From NCBI RefSeq assembly GCF_005696695.1, contig NZ_CP040006.1, positions 2,250,001 to 2,282,000 of the forward strand: a DNA stretch of 32,000 nucleotides, in the 5' to 3' direction. Origin of the DNA: Schaalia odontolytica (lineage in GTDB: Bacteria > Actinomycetota > Actinomycetes > Actinomycetales > Actinomycetaceae). Both the position numbers and the translations under genes were made by a program. The notes beneath the pieces were generated by a model. That model made no database searches. It was not told the origin of the DNA and was given only the letters and a program-made list of their open reading frames with translations. Positions 22,196 to 30,068 of the stretch are shown here, in pieces (the stretch's first letter is position 1; the number at the start of each line of letters is the position of its first letter).

Positions 22196-23203
22196 TCAGG
22201 CCAGCGGCCAGGACGGGGCGTTGCCCGCAGCCTCGCCCGTTCCATCCCCGCCGTGCAGCAGGTCCGCGACCCACGCGCGACCCGCACGGAAGGCCTCGTC
22301 CGTCGTGCCAGGGGCAACCGACGCGCGCACGCCATCGACGCGCGGGTAGGAACCCATGAAGCGAACATCCGGCGAGTAACGGTGCAGGCCGACGAGGGCT
22401 GCCTGAACGCGCTCCTCGCGGATGTGGCCAACGATGTCGATGCTGAACGTGTAATTGCCGAGGCCGTCGCCGCTCGGGCGAGACTCGATGCGGGACAGGT
22501 CGACGCCGCGCGCCGAGAACTGCTCGAGGAGGGTCAGCAGAGCGCCCGACTCGTTGACCGGCAGGGCGACCTGGATGGTCGTCTTATCCGCACCGGTCGG
22601 AGGAGGCACCACGCCGGGGCGGGCCACCAGCACGAAGCGGGTGATCGCGCCCGGGTTGTCGGCGACGTCGGTGAACAGGGCCTCCAGGCCGTAGGTGTTG
22701 ACCGAGACCGCGTTGCACAGGGCGGCATCGAAGGACGCGTCTCCGTCCGAGAGGAGCTCGGCGGCGGCGGCCGTCGACGTGGCGGGCACGTGGATCGCGC
22801 CGGGGAAGGTCTCCTCGACCCAGCCGCGGCACTGCGCCCACGCGTGCGGGTGGGTGCCGATACGGCGAATATCCTCGGGGCGCGTGCCCGGCAGGACAGC
22901 CAGCTGGAAGACAACGTGCACGTGCATCTCGGCGACGATGACGAGGGGGTCGCCGTGCGAGAGCGAATCGAGCGTCGCGTTGACGCCGCCCTCGATGGAG
23001 TTTTCGATCGGGACGACGGCACGGTCGGCCTCGCCGCGACGCACGGCCGCGAGCGCCTGCGGGGCGCTCGTCATCGGCATGAGGATCGCGCCGGCGGGAG
23101 CGACCTGGTGGACAGCCTGCTCGGTAAACGTGCCGAACGGGCCGAGGAAGGCGATACGAAGCTTGTCACCGAGGGGCGCGGGGCCGGGAATGTTCGTCGT
23201 CAT
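22196..23203 (-). CDS. pheA: Prephenate dehydratase with ACT domain
   Basis: LRIAFLGPFGTFTEQAV, VVPIENSIEGGV and an ACT region LSRIESRPSGDGLGNYTFSIDIVGH. The start is taken at ATG 23201-23203 (MTTNIPGP). The longer track ORF overlaps the upstream gene. Confidence 0.9.
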   Translation of the reverse strand: MTTNIPGPAPLGDKLRIAFLGPFGTFTEQAVHQVAPAGAILMPMTSAPQALAAVRRGEADRAVVPIENSIEGGVNATLDSLSHGDPLVIVAEMHVHVVFQLAVLPGTRPEDIRRIGTHPHAWAQCRGWVEETFPGAIHVPATSTAAAAELLSDGDASFDAALCNAVSVNTYGLEALFTDVADNPGAITRFVLVARPGVVPPPTGADKTTIQVALPVNESGALLTLLEQFSARGVDLSRIESRPSGDGLGNYTFSIDIVGHIREERVQAALVGLHRYSPDVRFMGSYPRVDGVRASVAPGTTDEAFRAGRAWVADLLHGGDGTGEAAGNAPSWPLA

Positions 23204-23301
23204 GGTGTCAAGGGTAACGAGAGCGAAGGGAGTGGCGCGGCCTCGTTTCGAGGACGGGGCGCATTGTGGCCAATCGCGCGGGTTCCGAGGCCGGGCGAGC
23301 G

Positions 23302-25578
23302 TCAGTCGCGGGAGCCGGTCACGCCGGTCGCGAAGGCCTCGCGTCCGCCGCCCGGCGTCACGTCGCCGCACGCGGTGATCTTCCACAGCTTCGCGGTGCC
23401 GCCCGCGTCGACCAGCTCGAAGCCGGTGGACGTGTCCACGTTGTAGAGGCCGGGGTGACGGGAGGATCGCATGAAGTTGTAGTAGGCGCCGTCTTCCTCT
23501 TCGTAGAAGTGGGTGATGCCGAGCCTGCGCACGACCTCGCACACCTCGGGATCGGTCGCGATGTCGTGGAAACGCTGGATGAGGATCTTCTGCGAGGCCA
23601 CATCCTTGTTAGCGGTGTTCAGCTGCGGGAATACCGCCTTACGACCGCCGATCATCTCGGAGTACGCCGCGCCCGCGATCGGGTCGCCCAAAATGAGCGC
23701 GTCGGGGGCGGTCGTGTACGGCATGCGGCGCAGCATGGCGAGCTCGCCAATCGTGGCCATACCCGGCTTGCCCAGGCGATTCGGATCGTACACCTGGGCG
23801 ACCGCCGCGTTTCGCGCGTCGATGGCACCAAAGCTGGACAGGACCAGCACGAGCAGGCCGACAGCGAATTGGATTGGCCAGCGCGGCGCCTCAATGTTGT
23901 CGTCGGCTCCGCGTTCGGCGAGGATCCGCTGCAGCGACCTCGTCCAGACGGTGTGAATAAGGCGAACGATGGCGGCGACGCCGACCGCCATGAGGATCGT
24001 CAGCGCGATGTCTTCGACGCCCATGATGCGGCGGGCGTCCTTGTACCAGGGGGCCAGCAGGTACGTGCGCAGCGCCGAGTTAGGCGAATACGCCAGGCCG
24101 GTGAGAGCCGCGAGGACCGCGTAGGAGGCCAGCGGCCAGCACGGCAGGGGCTGCGCCTCCTCTTCGGACTCCTCGATCTCTTGGGCCGAGGCCAGGGTGC
24201 CCTCCTCCGCGTCCACGTCCGCATCATCGGTGAGACCAGCGCGCTCGGCAGCACGCTCGAGGGGGTCCCTGCGACGGAACAGCAAGTAGAGGCGCGCGGT
24301 CGCCGCAATGCCGACGATCAGGAGAATGAACTGGACGATCGTCCACTGAATGTTGCCGGATGTGTTCGAGAAGGGCGGGTAGGGCAGGAAGGCGTGCATG
24401 AAGGCTTCGCCCCAGTTACTGCCGTCGCGCCGGTAGCTGCCCATGGCCCGGATCTTTGACGACGACAGCGCGAGGAGCGGCGCGGCGATGACGACAAGCG
24501 CGAGGGCAGCCCACGCGAGGGCGACGAGCTGGCCTCGTCCACCGCGACCGTAGGCGCGTCGTGCGAGGGACGCGATGGAGGCGAGGAGCGGCGCGATCAG
24601 GAACGCGAGGATCGAGAAGGCTGCGCTCGGGTGCGCGCCGACGAGGCCGATGGCACCGATGAGGAGGAACACCGCCTGCGGGATACGGCGCAGGAAAGCA
24701 CGCATCCCATCACCCGCACGCAGGTCGGCGACCAGCCTGCGCCCCGCGACGATCGCAATGGCCGCCAGGCCCGGCACCAGGGCGGTGCCCGTCGAGTTGG
24801 GCCACTGGTTGTACATAGTGAGTGCGTCGGCGGGCATATTGAGCAGCATGCCGCCGATGATGGGTGCCGACATGATCGCGGTGCGCGAGGCGGTCAGGAC
24901 CGAGACGAGGGCCGCCAGTCCGATGACCCACACGGCCATGAGCGCCAGCGAGGACACGTTCGAGGCCTGGACGACCGAGTCGTAGCGCGCGAACAGCGAG
25001 ACGAAGGCGTGCCAGCCCGTCGGATAGTAGACGTTGCGGCCGCCGTACAGCTCGTGGAGGCCGCCGAAGGGACTGGCGTTCTTGCCGTACAGGATCGCGT
25101 GCACGCCGTTCTGATGGAACGTCGGATCCCACTGCTGGACAGGGTTCGCTGGGGCAGCGCCCATCACGAGGGGCAGCGCCGCGAGGATGAATCCCACGAG
25201 GATCGCTCCCCACGTGGCCGCGCGGATCGCGGCCTGGCGTCCGCCGATCGGCTTGCGCACGCCGATCGCCTCGCGCAGGGGAACTCCCCGCAGGGAGAAT
25301 CCGTCGTTGCTGCGGCGGAAGAAGCTCAGGCTCCACGCGCCGGCGCCTCCCAGGGCGCTCATGCCGAGGATCGGCAGCGCCGTCGAGGGCTCCCACTCGA
25401 TATCGAGCGCCGGGTAAGCGACCGACAGGATCGTGATCAGGCCAAAGGTGAACGCGGGTGCCGCACCGATCGCGACGAGCGACGAACGACCTCCCGCCCG
25501 CAGCCACATGAAGCCCGGCAGTACCAGGGCGACCATCATGGCCAGCAGGGTCGGGAGCAGCATCCACCAGGCCAGCAT
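23302..25578 (-). CDS. Large polytopic membrane protein (GT-C / arabinosyltransferase-like architecture; possibly DUF6541-like)
   Basis: 758 aa with many hydrophobic helices in the first ~550 aa and a soluble C-terminal domain. The ATG lies 3 nt after the dedA stop, with an AAGGAG SD inside the dedA 3' end. The family name is from memory only. Confidence 0.7.
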   Translation of the reverse strand: MLAWWMLLPTLLAMMVALVLPGFMWLRAGGRSSLVAIGAAPAFTFGLITILSVAYPALDIEWEPSTALPILGMSALGGAGAWSLSFFRRSNDGFSLRGVPLREAIGVRKPIGGRQAAIRAATWGAILVGFILAALPLVMGAAPANPVQQWDPTFHQNGVHAILYGKNASPFGGLHELYGGRNVYYPTGWHAFVSLFARYDSVVQASNVSSLALMAVWVIGLAALVSVLTASRTAIMSAPIIGGMLLNMPADALTMYNQWPNSTGTALVPGLAAIAIVAGRRLVADLRAGDGMRAFLRRIPQAVFLLIGAIGLVGAHPSAAFSILAFLIAPLLASIASLARRAYGRGGRGQLVALAWAALALVVIAAPLLALSSSKIRAMGSYRRDGSNWGEAFMHAFLPYPPFSNTSGNIQWTIVQFILLIVGIAATARLYLLFRRRDPLERAAERAGLTDDADVDAEEGTLASAQEIEESEEEAQPLPCWPLASYAVLAALTGLAYSPNSALRTYLLAPWYKDARRIMGVEDIALTILMAVGVAAIVRLIHTVWTRSLQRILAERGADDNIEAPRWPIQFAVGLLVLVLSSFGAIDARNAAVAQVYDPNRLGKPGMATIGELAMLRRMPYTTAPDALILGDPIAGAAYSEMIGGRKAVFPQLNTANKDVASQKILIQRFHDIATDPEVCEVVRRLGITHFYEEEDGAYYNFMRSSRHPGLYNVDTSTGFELVDAGGTAKLWKITACGDVTPGGGREAFATGVTGSRD

Positions 25579-25581
25579 GGA

Positions 25582-26247
25582 TTACTCCTTGTCGGAAGCG
25601 GCGCGGCGCTTGCCCACGATCTCAATGATGACGGGCAGGACCGACGCGAGGATGATGACGCCGAGGATGAGCGTCAGGTTGTCGTGCACGAAGGGCACGT
25701 TGCCCAGGAGCGCGCCGACGAGGATGAAGCCCGCGCCCCACACGATGGCACCCAGCGTGTTGAAGGCCAGGAACTTCGGGTAGGGGTAGCGGGCCATGCC
25801 CGCTGCGATCGGAATGAAGGTGCGCACGAAGGGGATGAATCGTCCGATGACCAGCGAGCGGCCACCGTAGTTCGTGAAGTAGTGCTCCGCCTTCTCCAGG
25901 TGCGCGGTCTTGAGGATGCGAGCGTCGGGCTTGAAGAAGCGACGCCCCCACTTGGCGCCCAGGAAGTAGCCGATCTGCGCTCCGATGAAGGCCGCGACGA
26001 CGACGAGGAGGATGAGCGTCGGCAGGTGCAGGCCGAGGCGATCATGGAGCAGGCCGGCGGTGAACAGCAGGGATTCACCGGGCAGCACCGGGAACAGGAC
26101 ACCCGACTCGATGAGGACGATGAGCATCGTTCCCCACAGCACCCACGGCCCCATGGCGACGAGCAAAGTCTCGGGATTTTTAAACCACTCGATAACGGTG
26201 TGCAGCATCGACGGATCTGATGCGGTCACGAGTGTCGACCAGGTCAC
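25582..26247 (-). CDS. DedA-family (SNARE-associated) membrane protein
   Basis: IESGVLFPVLPGESLLFTAGLL and GRFIPFVRTFIPIAAGMARYPYPKFLAFNTLGAIVWG are typical DedA strings. The start is uncertain (GTG 26247 or ATG 26208). Confidence 0.85.
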   Translation of the reverse strand: MTWSTLVTASDPSMLHTVIEWFKNPETLLVAMGPWVLWGTMLIVLIESGVLFPVLPGESLLFTAGLLHDRLGLHLPTLILLVVVAAFIGAQIGYFLGAKWGRRFFKPDARILKTAHLEKAEHYFTNYGGRSLVIGRFIPFVRTFIPIAAGMARYPYPKFLAFNTLGAIVWGAGFILVGALLGNVPFVHDNLTLILGVIILASVLPVIIEIVGKRRAASDKE

Positions 26248-26321
26248 GATAGGGCCCTTTTCTGCCGGGAATGTATCACCCTAACCCTACCTTTGTTGAC
26301 CGCGATTATAGGATAGGCGGC

Positions 26322-29300
26322 ATGAGGAAGCGCAAGGATTCACACGACGGTTCTCCGGTCGGGGACACGAACATCCTCTTCGTCCCCGATTCCTCCGCCG
26401 ACCCCTCGACATCCGGGGTGGATGCCCTCATGGGGATGATCGACGAGGCCGGGGCACCCCCGCAGGCTCCCCCGCCCCTGGAGGTCCCCTCCTCGGAAGC
26501 GCGCACCGAGGTCATGGAGCCCGTCGTCACGCCGGACACGACGACCGCGCCCGTAGCCATGCCGCCCAGCATTCCTCCCAGCCACGCGGACGCCGACCAG
26601 AGCGCCCAGGCCTCGTCGTCAAATGACGAGAGTGCAGCGGATCCCCTGCTTCCCCCGCCCGCGCCCACGGCCGATAACGCCGCCGCCATCCCCGAGGAAC
26701 CCACCGATGAGGCCGAGGCCAGCGCGCCAGAGGCCACCACGGAGACCGAGGCAGAGGCCAGCAGCGGCGACAAGGACGCGGACATTGAATCCGCCGCGCC
26801 CCCGGCTACCGACGAAATCGCCGCAAACCTGCCCGTGCGCCGCATGCGCCTGCCCCGCCCCGTCTACATCGCTGACCGCATCCTGCCCGTTCGCCGCCGC
26901 CGCGAAGACCTCGTCGACGTCGTCATCTCCCTCATCGCGATTCTCTTTATCTGGACGATCGGAGCGCTGGCCAGCGCGACCACGCGCGGCGTCACCATGG
27001 ATGTCCTGAGCTTCCAGCTCGTCCGCCAGATCCTCATCCTGCCGGTGAGCATCACCGAGGGCCTCATCATTTTGACCACGCCGATCCTCGTGATCGTCTC
27101 GCTCGCGCTGCGCAAACGCCTCCAGGCGATCATCCAGGTCCTCGTGACGAGCCTCGTGGCCGCGGTCGGCGGCTGGATCATCATCCTGCTGACGGGCCTG
27201 CTGCCCTCCGAACTGACTGCGCCGTTGAGCGTGGACCGCGCACTTGCCACGCAGGGCTCCCAGACCGGCATCGCAATCGCCATCAACCTGGTCATCGTCA
27301 CCCTGTGCGCGCTGTTCACCTCCGCCGGCGAGGCCCAGTCGATGAAGGCCATCAAGTGGGGATGGACGGGCCTGTGGATCATTCTCATCCTCGGCGTGCT
27401 GCGCTCGTCCATGACCCTGCCCGTCGCTTTCATCTCCGTCTTCTTGGGCCGCGCTTTCGGCTCGGGTTCGCGGTGGATCATGGGCTACGACGACCAGCGG
27501 GCGAAGGGCGCCAAACTCGTCGAGGCGCTCCTCAACATCGGGATTACGCCCTCGCGGATCGTGCGCACCGACCTCGACACGACCGACGAGCCCCTGGCTA
27601 CGTGGGCCGTCGCTGAGAACTCGCGCGGCCGCCTCACCCAGATGCCCGCCGACCTGGGCGACATGGGCGTCACGGTGACGCGCCGCCCGACCCAAGACCA
27701 TCACCGCCACTACCAGGCGTGGAGCGACACGGGCCTCGCCTACGAGATCATCGCCATGGACCCCGGCCAGGAACTGACCGGCACCCTCCTCGAGATGTGG
27801 AACAACCTGCGCCTGCGCGGCATCAGCCGCTGGGTGTCGCCCTCGCTCAAGGCTCAGGCCGAGCGTTCCTCCTTCACGACGCTGCAGGCGCTGCGCGCCG
27901 GCGTGTTCACCCAGGAGCCGATCGGCATCGCCTCGGCCTCCGACTCGATCATCCTGGTCATGTCCGCCCTGCCCCCCACGACTCCGCTCACGGAGCTCGG
28001 CGAGGACGCATCGGACGAGGTCCTGGACCGCGCGTGGGAGCAGCTGCACTTCGCGCACTCGCGCGGCATCTCGCACCGCGCTCTCACCCCCGAGGCCGTG
28101 GTCGTCGACTCGTCCTCGGACGTGTGGCTGCTGGACTGGGATTCCGGCGAGGTCGCGACCACCGAGCTGAACCAGTCCATCGACATCGCGCAGATGCTGG
28201 TCCTGACCGCGTTGGCCGTGGGCCCCGAGCGCGCGCTCGAGGCCGGCCGACGCTGCGTCGGTGAGGAGACGCTGATCGCGTGCGCCCCCGTCATCCAGAA
28301 GCCTGTCCTTCCTGCGGAGATCAATCAGCGCCTGCGCCGTTCCGACCTGCTGGGCGAGCTGCGTGCCGCCCTCGTGGGAGACTCCGAGGCCGAGACCGCG
28401 CCCACCGCTGACCTGCAGCGTTTCCGTCCGCGCACGATCTTCACGATCGCGGTGGCGTTCATCGCCGTCTTCATCGTCGTCGGTTCGCTGAACTTCAACG
28501 ACATCGTGACCACGGTCAAGAGCGCGAACCTGTGGTGGATGCTCGCTTCCGCCGTGCTCGCCTGCCTCATCTGGGTCGGTTCCGCGGTCCCGCTTGTTGC
28601 CCTGTCGCCCGAGAAGCTGAGCCTACGTGAGACGCTCATCGCCCAGGTCGCTGCCTCGATCATTACGATCGTGGCACCCGCCGGCGTAGGACCCGCGGCT
28701 CTCAACCTGCGCTACCTGCGCAAGCGCCGCGTCCCGACCGCCATGGCGGTGACGACGGTGACTCTCATGCAGATTTCGCAGGCGCTCATCACGATCGTCC
28801 TACTACTCCTCGTCATGGTGATCGCCGGATCGTCACTGTCCGTGTCGGTCCCCTACGGCACCATCCTGGGTGTCGTCGCGGTCGTCATGGTCGCGGTCGG
28901 CATCATCGTCGCCGTGCCAAAGGTGCGACGCTGGATCTGGTCGAAGATTCAGCCGACCTGGCAGCAGGTCTACCCGCGCCTCCTGTGGATCATCGGCCAG
29001 CCCCGTCGCCTCGCCGCGGTCGTGGGCGGCAACCTGCTGATGAACATCGGCTACGTGGGCTCGTTCTGGACGGCCCTGCTCGCCATGGGCGGTTCGCTCA
29101 ACTTCTCCACAGTGTCGATCACCTACCTGACGGCGAACGCGGCCGGCTCCTTCATCCCCTCGCCGGGCGGTATCGGTACTGTTGAAACGGCCCTCACCTC
29201 GGGCCTGACGGTCGCGGGCATCTCCTCGTCGGTCGCCATCGCGACGGCTCTGCTCTACCGTCTCGTCACCTTCTACGGCCGCATCCCGTTCGGCTGGTTG

Positions 29301-29336
29301 GCCATGAAGTACATGGAGAAGAAGGACATGATCTAG
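26322..29336 (+). CDS. Multi-domain membrane protein: disordered acidic/Pro-rich N-terminus, TM bundle, degenerate kinase-like domain, C-terminal MprF/LPG-synthase-TM (flippase-like) domain
   Basis: The C-terminal ~300 aa (LNFNDIVTTVKSANLWWMLASAVLAC...APAGVGPAALNLRYLRK...PSPGGIGTVETAL) resemble the TIGR00374 / LPG_synthase_TM family. The start is taken at ATG 26322 (MRKRKDSHDG); the frame is open from 26271. Confidence 0.75.
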   Translation: MRKRKDSHDGSPVGDTNILFVPDSSADPSTSGVDALMGMIDEAGAPPQAPPPLEVPSSEARTEVMEPVVTPDTTTAPVAMPPSIPPSHADADQSAQASSSNDESAADPLLPPPAPTADNAAAIPEEPTDEAEASAPEATTETEAEASSGDKDADIESAAPPATDEIAANLPVRRMRLPRPVYIADRILPVRRRREDLVDVVISLIAILFIWTIGALASATTRGVTMDVLSFQLVRQILILPVSITEGLIILTTPILVIVSLALRKRLQAIIQVLVTSLVAAVGGWIIILLTGLLPSELTAPLSVDRALATQGSQTGIAIAINLVIVTLCALFTSAGEAQSMKAIKWGWTGLWIILILGVLRSSMTLPVAFISVFLGRAFGSGSRWIMGYDDQRAKGAKLVEALLNIGITPSRIVRTDLDTTDEPLATWAVAENSRGRLTQMPADLGDMGVTVTRRPTQDHHRHYQAWSDTGLAYEIIAMDPGQELTGTLLEMWNNLRLRGISRWVSPSLKAQAERSSFTTLQALRAGVFTQEPIGIASASDSIILVMSALPPTTPLTELGEDASDEVLDRAWEQLHFAHSRGISHRALTPEAVVVDSSSDVWLLDWDSGEVATTELNQSIDIAQMLVLTALAVGPERALEAGRRCVGEETLIACAPVIQKPVLPAEINQRLRRSDLLGELRAALVGDSEAETAPTADLQRFRPRTIFTIAVAFIAVFIVVGSLNFNDIVTTVKSANLWWMLASAVLACLIWVGSAVPLVALSPEKLSLRETLIAQVAASIITIVAPAGVGPAALNLRYLRKRRVPTAMAVTTVTLMQISQALITIVLLLLVMVIAGSSLSVSVPYGTILGVVAVVMVAVGIIVAVPKVRRWIWSKIQPTWQQVYPRLLWIIGQPRRLAAVVGGNLLMNIGYVGSFWTALLAMGGSLNFSTVSITYLTANAAGSFIPSPGGIGTVETALTSGLTVAGISSSVAIATALLYRLVTFYGRIPFGWLAMKYMEKKDMI
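27480..28380 (+). other. Kinase-like domain with substituted catalytic residues inside the MprF-like protein
   Basis: LHFAHSRGISHRALTPEAVVVDSSSDVWLLDWDSGE has the spacing of the kinase catalytic loop and DFG region. It reads HRALTPEA (nt 28074-28097) instead of HRDLKPEN, and DWD instead of DFG. Confidence 0.4.
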
Positions 29337-29355
29337 GTTCCCTCTGAGCGCATCC

Positions 29356-29397
29356 ACATCCGGCTGTCACGCGTCCCGGCGCGAGGCAGCCGGATGT
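29356..29397. terminator. 11-bp perfect inverted repeat between convergent genes (candidate bidirectional terminator)
   Basis: ACATCCGGCTG (29356-29366) and CAGCCGGATGT (29387-29397) with a 20-nt GC-rich loop. It lies between the stops at 29336 (+) and 29402 (-). Confidence 0.5.
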
Positions 29398-29401
29398 TGC
29401 T

Positions 29402-29866
29402 TTACTGGAGGCTGTTGTTGCCGTCCGGGTATGCCGCCTGGACGCCGCTCACCGCTCGAATGACGTCAATCGACCCGGCGGGCACGCGCAGCGCGTAGCC
29501 GCGCAGGGCGTTGCGATACTCGCGTTCCACGGACACGGAGGCGCCCGGGAAAGCGCCGGCCACGGCCTCGTTGATCGAGGCGAGGATGGTTTCTCCGTCG
29601 GCGCCTTCCGCGAGCTGGACGATGACGACGACGGAGCTATCGGAGTCCTGGCCGGACTGCGCGCTCGGGCCGCTGCGCCCGTTCTTGGACGTCAGTGCGG
29701 TGTCGGGGTTGACCGTCGGCGAGGCCGTGGCACCCGGCGCAGACTGGGCGGAGTCCACGGGAGCGGCGGACTGCGACGCGGGTGTCGGCGACGTCGCGGT
29801 AGAACAGCTGGCGACCGCAAGCGCGCACGTGCCCACCCCGGCCAGGAAAACGGCTGGTTTCTTCAT
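29402..29866 (-). CDS. Lipoprotein consisting of a subtilase-propeptide-like (inhibitor I9) domain
   Basis: The start is set at ATG 29864-29866 (MKKPAVFLAGVGTCALAVASC, lipobox VASC) with an AAGGAG SD 9 nt upstream. A Ser/Pro/Ala linker is followed by VVVIVQLAEGADGETILASINEAV...VEREYRNALRGYALRVPAGSIDVIRAVSGVQAAYPD, which matches the I9 propeptide pattern. Confidence 0.65.
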   Translation of the reverse strand: MKKPAVFLAGVGTCALAVASCSTATSPTPASQSAAPVDSAQSAPGATASPTVNPDTALTSKNGRSGPSAQSGQDSDSSVVVIVQLAEGADGETILASINEAVAGAFPGASVSVEREYRNALRGYALRVPAGSIDVIRAVSGVQAAYPDGNNSLQ

Positions 29867-30068
29867 GGTTATCTGCTCCTTGCTGTGGGCATGCACCGTC
29901 GCGCTGACGCCTCCAACATACCCCAGCGGCCATCGACGTTGCGGCGTTAGTACGTGCATGCAGACACCCATGGGCGCGCATGAGAAGGGGCCCGGGAGCG
30001 CTCGCAGTGAGCGTTCCCGGGCCCCGGCCTCGTGAATCATCGAATTACCGATTCAGAAGAGACGCGCA

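Noticed and set aside
23204-23542. N-terminal extension of pheA, and the similar extension of the 466-aa hydrolase ORF from 16421
   Set aside because: The extensions overlap neighbouring genes or promoter regions and encode Arg-rich low-complexity sequence. Internal starts give family-typical N-termini.
24631-26220. 529-aa plus-strand ORF spanning the large membrane protein and dedA genes on the opposite strand
   Set aside because: It crosses a gene boundary on the other strand, has highly charged low-complexity translation and shows no SD, so it is a GC artefact.
26619-28076. 485-aa minus-strand ORF inside the MprF-like gene
   Set aside because: It is antisense to a gene with a recognisable C-terminal family domain. 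The product is Arg/Gly/Asp-rich low complexity.
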